DNA of 57,983 nucleotides, filler included, from Sluysia triapertura (Eukaryota), in assembly GCA_046118255.1 (NCBI GenBank). It is 4 parts of 4 records of this genome, joined end to end, with 100 filler letters (N's around TTAATTAATTAA, not from the genome) between each part and the next. Parts side by side here need not be neighbours in the genome. Positions count along the whole stretch, not along the records: positions 43,592 to 57,983 come from JBJNIA010261065.1; 3 more parts are not named here. One strand, written 5' to 3'. This document shows positions 47,475 to 57,983 of this stretch, piece by piece (position 1 is the stretch's first letter; every line of letters starts with the position of its first letter). The notes beneath the pieces were generated by a model. That model saw only the letters and a program-made list of their open reading frames with translations. It had not been told where the DNA came from and did no database searches. A program made the translations under genes and the position numbers.

Positions 47475-48729
47475 GAAAGATAAAGCATAATCGTGTTAAA
47501 ATAATAATAAAATTATTAATAAAAAAAATTAAAATTGAAGATAACTTGAACTTGTAATTTTACGACATTGAAATAATAACTGTCGTACATATATATACAT
47601 TAGATATTAGATAAAACGATAATGTACAATTCTAATGTTACATAAATGTAATTTTAGATCAATAATTCTCGTACCAATTTAAGTCTTGTATCAATAATTT
47701 AAGTTTAGGTTATTCTAAAGAATAGAAACTGTCAATCCAACGTCTAGTAATATAAGGTGCATCAAATTTAAATATACTTTTTATACAATAATTAGTGTTA
47801 ATTACCGATAAAATGTGTATAAATTGCTATAAATTATTGTTAATCATAAATTTAATCTTACTGCCTCAGAAATTTTAAAAATCACATTCATGTATGTAAA
47901 AATATTAATTTAACACGTTAACGCAAACCTTTTTTCCTAATCATTCATTAAAAACAAAAAGTGGCGGCTGTAGCTTCACATTGCGGCAACGTGGTAATAA
48001 ATCATATTTGGAAACAGGTTGACTAAGTACAAATAATCATACATTTTGATATTTATACATTAAACAATTTATTTATTGCACGTATGAAATTAAATAATGC
48101 TTCATTAATTCTTTTTTAATTCTAACACACAGGTTTACTAAATGTGCTAGATTATTATTATTCCAATTACCTTATGTCGAGATGTCCTGACAATTTTATG
48201 GAGATTATGAAAGTGCGTTAGATAATTTAGTAAGTATTATTCTAAATGAATTAATTTTTATGGTGTCTCATTTTATAGAGGGTACTTTGTATTTTAAAAA
48301 ATGTGGTTAATATAATGATGGTTAATAATTTTCAATAAAGTCATAATATTTTTTTCAATATAAAATTATTTTAATAATTATCGTTTAAATTCAAATACAA
48401 TTATGGTCGTTATATTTGATTTATCATTATATTTGATTTATTAATGTTATTTTGCATTTTTTCAACTTTTGACTCAAAATTATTTAGAATAACATTTGAG
48501 TTACTTTTATGTTTCATTTTTTCATTAAGTACTCAATTTACAAAAGTCCTTAATATTTGATTTATTAGATTCAAATATTTCAAATAGTAAATATTTTCTT
48601 TGATACGTTTTGTTTCGAGCTTATGTGTTTTAGTTTCACCAGTTCTTATTTCTCATTTCTATTCTTTCTATGGTTTTATTTTTCATAACTGAAGAATTTC
48701 CGTATTAAATTATAATACCTTCTTAATAC

Positions 48730-48893
48730 TGTTAGACTTCATTAAATGGACTGACCGGAATTCGAACCTGGGCCCTCTTACCTCACAACTCTGCTGTTCG
48801 ATGCTCTGACCACTGAGCTATCAATTTTATAGTCAATTATAGTCAATCATACTAACAATTTTCTAAGTGGAACTTTAGGTCTCTACCTCAACA
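48730..48893 (-). mobile_element. tRNA-cassette element (diverged copy)
   Basis: ATAC|TGTTAGACTTCATTAAATGGACTGACCGGAATTCGAACCTGG...CTCTGACCACTGAGCTATCA...CTCAACA|TTAC (3/4 TSD match). Confidence 0.85.
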
Positions 48894-50479
48894 TTACGAT
48901 ATTGTTCAACATTTTCACATTTTAAAAGTATGTGTTAATCTAAACGCGAAGACAATATATTAAATACATCTATATCACCTTAAAAATTAACTATTTATTC
49001 GCATTTTGACATGTCTTTAGTAAGTTATTCAATAATAATACTTGATAAATTTCTGTATTCATTCTTTTTATAATAAACACAATTTTAATCAATTCTATTT
49101 TAAAAATAAACATAATATTCAGAAATATCTAATGGTTCATTCACTTATAAGACAATATTACTATAAATTATCGTTAGTAATAAATATAATATTATTCCTC
49201 ATTTGTGAGTTTTAAATTTTTTGTGTTTCATATATTTAATGAATCTATATTATCTTTAAAATTTACCATTTCTCCACATTTTGCTATCAACTTCTATGTT
49301 TTAAATTACAAAAGAAAATATTTTCTGTAATAGAAATAGGAAATTCTAGAATTATGATATGCCAATAATCAGTATATATACTGGCTTCAGTTAAGTTAAC
49401 GATCACAATTTAGTAACACATCTTTTAGATTTATCAGTTCGGTTATTTTATTAGTTATCCGAAATTTTGAACAATTACACTTCATTTTATTGTAATAAAA
49501 TCAGTAAGTTCAAGATAGATTTTACTCGAAACAATAAAATCTCTGTAAAATTTTTCCACGCCATGATTTAACCGTTGGAGAAATTTATTACTAAATACTT
49601 ACAGACGTTTTAATTGAAAAAATCTTCACTATTTTATTATCTTATTGCTTCTACTATCCTTTAAGTACTTAGACAAATTTTTATTTTATTTAGTCAATAT
49701 ACCTTCAATAGTTAATTGTTTTTGTTTCGAGATCAATTGAGTGAATTAATTTGTGGGAGATTAATTTTATAAAATCAAAGAATTTTTTACATACAAACTC
49801 TCAGTAATAGACAATATTTTGGAGAAGGTATCAGTAAAATTACAATAGCCGAAGGATTTGAGATTTAAAGTTAATGGTTACATTAAGAATTATGACATCC
49901 ACTATATACCGTAACCGACCATGCTCAAAATTATTTTGCCATAGGTTAAGGATAAAGGAAACCACAGCAAATGTTGATTTAAGATGTTGACTGATTCAAT
50001 CTTTTCTAACAATCATAATAAACATAGAATACTCATAAATACCTTATAGTTCATTTTTTTATCAATATCAATATTATCACTAGTTTTGGTTATTAATAAA
50101 TCTAATACATTTAAATTTAAATTTAAATTTAATGCGTTTCATTAAATTGAATATGTTTAATAATTCTACGAATTATTTTTTCTCATTCTTCATTATTTCT
50201 TATTAAAATCTCGTGTCATTGAAACCACTTGTTTTTCACTTATTATTATTATTACTAAAAAGTAGGTCATTAATAAGTGCAAAGTATCAGAATACATAAG
50301 ATGATGATATTTGCAATTGTTTGCTTACCTTTTACTTCATATTAAATTCAAAATATTATTACACTTAAAAGTTTAAACACAATTATTAAAAATTTAATTT
50401 TAAAATTAGAATTCAAAATAATATTTAATAAAACATTCTTCTAAAAAATTATTTACATACTGTAATTCGAAATAAATTT

Positions 50480-50940
50480 ATCTTTCATGTGATGTACCGA
50501 CTTCAGCAAAAGAGAACTTTGTAATTTTACTACTTACAATTCATGCGTATAGCACCGAGGACTTGATACACGTAAACCTCTAGATACTAATTTAACTAAC
50601 TTTATGGAATGTGGCAAAAACCTTATTTAAAACAAACAAAAAAATAAACCTAAATATTTCAATAACTCCATTCATAAAAAACTTTAATAATTTGTGCGAT
50701 GAGGTGCTTGGAATTCATGTTTCAAATTCAAAATTATGTAATGCATTAAAAGATGAAGATGGTGAGATGATACAAGAAAAATTTTATCATGAAGAATTAC
50801 AGGCTTTACATGAAAAACCAATAATTTATCACATTAAATGAATTTTAGAAACTAAAGGTAAAGGAAAAACTAAAAAGTTACTTGTTAAATGGGTTAGATA
50901 TAAGAAACTCGAATGGATACTTGAATCTTAGTTAATGGTA
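50480..50940 (+). mobile_element. Polinton/Maverick-type integrase C-terminus plus chromodomain remnant
   Basis: LKDEDGEMIQEKFYHEELQ...YHIK*ILETKGKGKTKKLLVKWVRY..EWI matches LKD..GE.I.G.FY..ELQ...Y.IEKIL..KG.G....LVKW.GY. Confidence 0.8.
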
Positions 50941-51339
50941 TAAATGTCAAGATAATTTATTAATTATCATCAAATGAGTATTGAATGTTTTCATTTAATA
51001 TTATCAAGAAAAAGTTGTTAATTCACCACTCAATCAGACAATAATTTAGCATGTTCATCAAAATTACTTATAATTTTTATAAAATTTCAATTAGGCAAGG
51101 AACAGAATACTATTTATTATTTACCTTTATTTATCTTTACCTCTAACATTAATTTGTTCTTTTATGAGAAAAATAAAAACGTACATAAAATAGAATACTT
51201 CAGACAACCTATTATTAATGCATTTATGGAAAATAGTAAAATAATACTAAAAATCGTGGATTACGATCTAAATAAAAATAAAGTAAAAATATAAATGAAA
51301 TGATTATCCATGGAGAAATTTAATATAGAAGCACGATGT

Positions 51340-52541
51340 ATTAAAAAGGCTATTTCTGGACGCAATGCCTCAAGCCAAAGGTATTCTAGTTGGAACTCAA
51401 AACAATAAAATTGACGATTTGGCCAAACTTGCGGACAACATCATATCAATCTAGAATAACAATCATCAACAATGTTTATGTGCAGTACATAATTCCATAT
51501 ACAACAAATTGAAGCCCACATTAACAAACTTAAAAACCCACAAAACAAGTGGCTGAATTAACAAGAATCATAACCTCCAGATCCAGACAAAGAGTCAGCT
51601 TTCCTACATTCTCAACAAATTCATCGTCGTGCAGGCAATCAAATCTTAACAAAAACCACTCAACGGAGTCTGCTACTACCACAAGTTCCAGAAACAAGCA
51701 AAATACTGCGTTATTGGGTGCAGATTTCCGGACACACCAACAACTTTAAACATCAAGGACCTGTGCATATACTATACACATTTCCAAAAAATCTCTAAAT
51801 GGCTTTATCAATTAAAAGATCTTTAATTAATCGACCAAAAACTACATACGCCAACGGTCACATCGACAGGACCGATCCGGAGACAATATTTCACTAATTT
51901 AAACAAAACAAGCATTCACAACGATTCTCCTCATATCCACATTCCTAAGGATATTTTAGGCAGCAAATTCGTATGGATCAAAACAGAAAATCCAAAACCA
52001 CTTCAACGAAGATACACCGGTCCATTCAGAATCATCCAATTCAATGCAAGCAACAATATAGTCTCGATCGATATTCGTGGATAAACTAAAATTGTAAACT
52101 TAAACCAGCTACAATCTTAGTCGTAACAGAAACTGAATCACCACCAGAAAATAAACATGCCACTTTCAACAATCTTATAACTCTTTTAAAACAACATGTA
52201 TTATACAAAATTAAAATCTAAAATTCGCATTTATTTTAACATCCATGTTCCCATGCGCTCCACGTCTACAAAGGGGGCTAATGTAATGGTTCGAACTTTT
52301 CACTAAAATCTCATAAATATTTAAAATAAACAAAATACGAAACAAATATACAATCACAATAAGAACTAGCAAATCAACATCAAAACATTTAAAAACATAA
52401 AATCAAATTCACAATAAAATTCTATAAAACACTTCCAACTTTTATCAACCTTATGTCATCTATTCTAGCTTACATTTCGCCATTTTTTCTTTTTCACTCT
52501 CTTCAACATAGTCATTATTAACGCTTGTAATAAACCATACA
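51340..52541 (+). mobile_element. Internally deleted CsRn1-like Gypsy element: gag end, integrase GPY/F end, PPT, 3' LTR
   Basis: LFLDAMP...ILV...IDDLAKLADNII; CYYHKFQKQAKYCVIGC (CHCC motif, 51671-51721); KPLQRRYTGPFRII (GPF at 52019); PPT AAAGGGGG at 52270; LTR 52282-52541 with TGTAATGGTT...AACCATACA termini. Confidence 0.85.
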
Positions 52542-54268
52542 CCTTTCAAGTGCACATGCCGGCTCCCAACAGTCTTCCAGTTTGGCAACAGTCAAATCTG
52601 ATTCTCTACAACCACTGTCAGTAAATGCACCAGAATCTGGAAATGTAGGTTCAGTTATCAGTAAAGTGCTTATTTCACCTACATAAGAAGTCACCGATGA
52701 TTATTTATGTCAATTGAAGGAACATCTTTATTCAATTCCGGAACACTTACAACTTGAACACAACAGAATGAATAAATTCAAAAGACAATGTTTAACAATA
52801 AGTATAAAAAACAATTAAATCTAGAATCGATTCGTTAATTTTTAATTCTAAATTGTAACCCGAAGACTTAAATATTAATAATTGGAGTATATCAAATGAG
52901 ATTATCCTAAAAGATGATTAAAATAATAAAATTATGCACTTAAATTCCAAACTGAGTTAAAATAAAAAGCAGAAAAAGAACTTAATTGAAGTTCTACATT
53001 GTAATCCTAGAGAAACTAACTAGTCTAGATGCATTTCAATCAGCAAATGTTGCATGTGCAAATATGAATATGCTTACATAGCTTGAAGCAATCATATTCG
53101 ACGTAAAGCAAGTTTAGACATGAAATCTAGAAGATCAGATGTATGAAAACAAGTTTGTATAATAAAAAATGAAACTAAGAACAGTTTAATGTTTAGATCA
53201 AATTCTCACACAATTCAAGAACTACTGAACAGTCTCTCTATTGTTGTTCGGGAAACAATAATAATAATAATTTAATAAAATCGTTAATTTACCTCAACGT
53301 AAAATGTGGGAAACATGACTAATATAAATATGCTACCGTCACAATAAAATTAGTGTTATACAATCAATTTTGGCATTTAACAATAAAACTTCGTAAATAC
53401 CAGATTTAGTGTAATACTTTTAAGTGTGTAAAGCGTATGCTACCGATAAAAAGATCATGACAGATAAAGCTAAAAATTATGATACAGTCATGTTGGTGAT
53501 AAAATTTTATGTTACAAATAAAAAGATTTTGATGAAAATGAGTGTAATTATTTCTAATTCGATTTCAATGCTAAAAAAGAACTTTGTAAATAAATGTATT
53601 AATTCGTTTTAATCTTTTCATTTGAGTTCTAAATCGTAGAAAATTATATTAATTCAATAAGAGTTTTATATAAAATTTCTACGTCACATGAAAATCAAAC
53701 CGTAATTGACTCAATCCTTTTGGACAATAATTTTATAATACATATAATATTATTTCCTGCAGTCATAGACTTTTACACGAATATTTTATCGAGTCTCTAA
53801 AAATTAAAAATGTAAACAATTTAAGTCTGTTGTCAAAAAAGTTTATAATCAAAAGTGTCTTATTGTTCAATTCTAGAATATTTAGTAATGGTTCAACGAT
53901 CTACAAACAAATTCATAAAATATAACTATAAATATGCATTTATAATAAATTTACGATATTCTCATTCTATCATATAAAAACCAAAAATTCAAGTGCACTA
54001 GTAAATAGTTATCAAGTGGGAAACAAACTAGTCTTATTATTCAGAGTTAAACTTCTAACAATCTAGAGTAAACACATCACCACATATTTAACTATGTTTG
54101 AGATTGTAAGTCAAGATTTTGCCATGACGATTTTATCTACAAGTTATAAACTGGCAAAGTGGTATACCTCAGTCACATTGCATTTCCTCGATCAATTTTC
54201 ATCTCAGTTACGTTTCAAGTCCTTACACTACTATAGATTTCGTCAGTGATAACAGAAAAATAAGGAAA

Positions 54269-55020
54269 TGTGGTGGCCAACCTATTAATTTCAGCAAATT
54301 TTATCAAAAATTTTCTTTTACAAAATTATAAAATCAAACACACCTCCAAAATATACAATACACATTTTCAGAAGATTTCATTAAAACCTTTTTTTACATA
54401 ATCCTATGTCAATATAACCAAAATCATTTTCTTTTTAACATCACATAATTACCTTTTAGAATGTACCAAAAGATAGACTACATGTATCTTGTTTTTATCC
54501 ACTAAACCATACTCTTTTCACTGCATTTTAAGTCACGAAATTTTAACACCTAAACATCAATGTATATTTTAAATTCACGTAAAACTAGTAAACAACATTC
54601 AAAACTTACATTTAAAACTTACGTACATCAAATTCATATAAAAGAATTTCATTTTAAGTATTTTAAGTTTTTAAGATTTTTATATGTAAGAAATAAAGAA
54701 AGAAATAAAGCAAAATCATGTAAACTTTAAGATTTTTGAAGAATTTATGCGTATATAATAATAATAATAACATTGCGTATTTATTATTAATGTCATTTTT
54801 ATTAATATTATTATTGTAATCTTCATTATTTTAATTTGCAAATATGTCAAGAAGTCTAAAAGGATCTAAAGAAAGATCATGTAATTTAAATTTGAAAAAG
54901 AAATTTATGTGATCATAATAATAATAACATTGTGTCATTATTATCATTATTATTATTGTCATCTTTATATTTTTATTTTTAAAACTTTAATTTTTGTCAA
55001 GTTGCTAATTTTATTGCCAC
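54269..55020 (+). repeat. Dispersed repeat family C, inverted relative to 46735-47474
   Basis: Starts TGTGGTGGCCA, ends TTGCCAC; shares internal blocks with the other copy. Confidence 0.8.
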
Positions 55021-55556
55021 TATGAGTTGCTATATATGTTGTGTTGTCATCATTGATAGTGGTCACTTTATCAAAGTAATTTGTTTTCTACGAATTGGTG
55101 CACAGTTAGTTAAATTATTGTTTTTCATTAAACTTTGCTGTGCTAATATTACAGCCAATCCAGACAGACTAAAAATTACTTTTATTATTAGAATCAGAAT
55201 TTATTTAAAAATAAAAAATTCCTGTAATAACAGTACTCTCAAATTTTTATGCAACTAAAAAAATGAATGTTAAAAATAAACCATTATTTCATTTTGTACA
55301 TATTAGTACTGTAATGAATCATTTAATATTTTCAAAATGTATATACAGATAAGTTCATTGCGATTCTTTACATCCTTCAATTCTCACAGAATCACTCAAA
55401 AAGTCTTTTAGTAGATGTGAAATTTATAACGAAGTTGATTTTTTTTCAAATATTTCACTATTTTTTGAATCATCCTGCAAGTGATGTAAATGATTTTGTA
55501 AATAGTTTAGGTGGTAGCGAACCTTTCGATACAAATAAACATATTTCATTTATTAA

Positions 55557-56123
55557 ATGCTACTTGAAGGCTATTATTTAGAAAGGATTCAATATGTTTT
55601 AAATTCTTCAGTTACAAGTCAGTCCAAATCATATCAAGTAGAATTCAATGTTTCTAATGAATCCAAGAATGAAAAATCTATCGTAATAGATGATGATGAA
55701 TATAGTTTATCACAAAGTGCACTAAGTCCAACTCTAATCCCTTTGAGCGCTGTCCCACTACTTGACAAAGATAATTTTGAATTCAAATCTACAGTCAATA
55801 CAAGACATTACCAATCAGTGTCACAAGATTATGTTGTAACGAAGAGTGAAAAGTATTGCAAAGAGCTTCCTTACAATTTTTACCATAAATCACGCAAATG
55901 TATTACGCAATCAGAGAACATTTATACTATTCAAATGAATCTATATTATAATACTATCAAAAGAATGCAAAATTCAAATCTATGTACTGGTTTATTCATA
56001 TGTCCTTATGGAAGCGATTTAAACAGTACACGCCTGAGATATACAAACAGTTTTATGCATGCCCAAACTATCGATCAATTGGAGAATTTACATTTTCAAG
56101 ATAACTTGAACCATCGTTTCTGA
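55557..56123 (+). CDS. Hypothetical protein or decayed gene (188-aa ORF) with a downstream probable intron at 56190-56250
   Basis: Long ORF; the frame stays open for 22 codons past the TGA up to a canonical GTAAGT...TTTTAG 61-nt intron. No family recognised. Confidence 0.4.
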   Translation: MLLEGYYLERIQYVLNSSVTSQSKSYQVEFNVSNESKNEKSIVIDDDEYSLSQSALSPTLIPLSAVPLLDKDNFEFKSTVNTRHYQSVSQDYVVTKSEKYCKELPYNFYHKSRKCITQSENIYTIQMNLYYNTIKRMQNSNLCTGLFICPYGSDLNSTRLRYTNSFMHAQTIDQLENLHFQDNLNHRF

Positions 56124-57983
56124 CTAACAAGTTTATTACAATCTGTCAACTCACGTGATCATTCTAATATTGCTAGCCTTGGTGACTTTGTAAGTGTAAA
56201 TTTTATTTATTTTTATATTATTTACAACATATCTATTAGTTTTATTTTAGAAAGGGAAATAGGGACGAAGGACTCTAAAGAAGACACTAGAAATTCAAGG
56301 AACAATTTAAAAATAAAAATTTTTATACCAAATAAAATTTTGTGTGTTAAGTTTCAATATGTTCAATATAAAATTCTCTAATACTAATTTCAAATTTTTA
56401 CGTAAAAATAAAATTTTTTAAAAATACTAATAAAAACATCATCGAGAATGTTGTGGTAAATACGATATTAAATTTAAATAATATTAATAACACAAAAATA
56501 CAACAAGAGATATAATTACATTTTAGATTTTAATGAATCTTCCTCTTACATTTTTTATCATTTATCCTCTCAGTGTTTAAACAAAGGGTTTTATCATTAT
56601 TTTGATTTTTTTAGTTTAACATTTGATAAAATAAATAAATTGTTTATACATAATAAATTTTATAATTTAATAAGTACAATTTTCGTTAATTCTTTGAATT
56701 ACCACTCATTCAATGCCAACCTTTCATAACATCTCTCAATGTAACATTAGAATCAATATTAAAAAATAAATTTTACATAAAGCATAAACCATTAACACAA
56801 ACATTTGATTTTAGTAATGAAAATTGGCTCCCATTAAATCGGACTTAAAAAATTTAAAATTTAAAAATTACTTTTTTATTATCTATTCATGTAAGTGAGT
56901 AGATAACATTTATATAAAATTTTAATATAATTTTATTATAATTATTAATAAATTTCTCCGAAAGGGGCAGTGACGCCACATCTACCTAGCATTACTATTA
57001 AAATCACTTCGTTTCGTCGAATATTGCTTGATAAGTTCGCCTGCTAGAACAAAGCTCAGAACAATTGAACTGAGGTTTTAGTGTTGCTTCACCATCTGAA
57101 TATACTAATAAAATAAATGATTTCGTCATGAACGCATGTGGTTTAATGCGAAAAATGAAATATTTGATTGGACACAACTCAACAATTACAATACAATATA
57201 TGAAGAAGGCTATTTAAAAAGAATGAAATATAGATATTGAAGAGAAACCTTTTAAAATTATTGTCTAAAAAGTTTTAGTATTTTGAAATTAGAAAATGAT
57301 ACATATAAGTCTCTAGATTATATGTTCGAAGTAGGGTAAAATATTTAAGAAATATTTTAAAATTATTTTATTGACACGTCTTACGTTTTTTTAAAATTTA
57401 TGCCCTTTTACAAACGTTTTGTAGTTTAAAAACAAGCTAATGTAAGAACACTTAAAATTTTCACATAAAATTTCCATACATATTTGCGAAAAATTATTGT
57501 ACATAATAATTATTTTTTACCTCGTCTGAGAATGTGGAAAGAAGAAAAAAAAGTTATTATGAACATTGTTAGACATTAAAAGTAAATGTAGACTAATTAA
57601 ATTAATTAATTAAAATGTTAAAAGTACTTTAATTAATTAGAATAAAAAATGTAATCTACGAACTGATAAAATTACTCATTAAATTATTTCGTTTTTCGTA
57701 TTAACTGATAAAAAAAATTATTCATGTAATTTCTATTATTAATTGATAAAAAAATTAATTATTCGTTTAATTTCGTAATTGTTTGATAAAAGCAAACTGA
57801 AATATGATAATAATTTAATTTTAATTAAAATGTCTACATTTAAATTATCTAAAATTATATCAATTTCAAAATTAATATAAAAACCATAAGTTTTCACAAA
57901 AACATGACATAAAGAAAAATCTTTGCTTACAAATCTTTGAAGGAGATACATTGCCTAAAAAATTATACGATTTGAAAATTTTG

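Overview
Very AT-rich eukaryotic (probably animal) DNA, not prokaryotic. It consists of four contigs joined by artificial 100-nt spacers (44 N + TTAATTAATTAA + 44 N), so adjacency across the spacers is unproven. Two host genes are intact: a HAD-family pseudouridine-5'-phosphatase (HDHD1/PUDP-like) with a 30-nt intron, and an intronless ARL6/BBS3, which implies a ciliated organism. The tiny intron and low GC suggest a compact genome such as an orthonectid, but that is inference only. The rest is a transposon graveyard. (i) A ~10-kb decayed Ty3/Gypsy-like element has the order PBS-gag(CCHC)-class III (chuvirus/gB-like) envelope-protease-integrase Zn finger-protease-protease-unknown ORFs-PPT-LTR, with no visible RT. 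(ii) An LTR family carries repeated bulged hairpins that show compensatory base changes. (iii) A ~155-bp family wraps a complete tRNA-like Pol III cassette in TG...CA termini with 4-bp target-site duplications, so it behaves like an integrase-moved element rather than a SINE. (iv) An RLE-type non-LTR retrotransposon is inserted inside one of those tRNA-like cassettes. (v) Remnants of Tc1, hAT, Polinton-type integrase and a CsRn1-like Gypsy are present. (vi) Decayed, deletion-ridden copies of PP1, PSMC3/Rpt5, RhoA and Vps39 are present. All calls come from manual reading and motif recognition; no searches were run.
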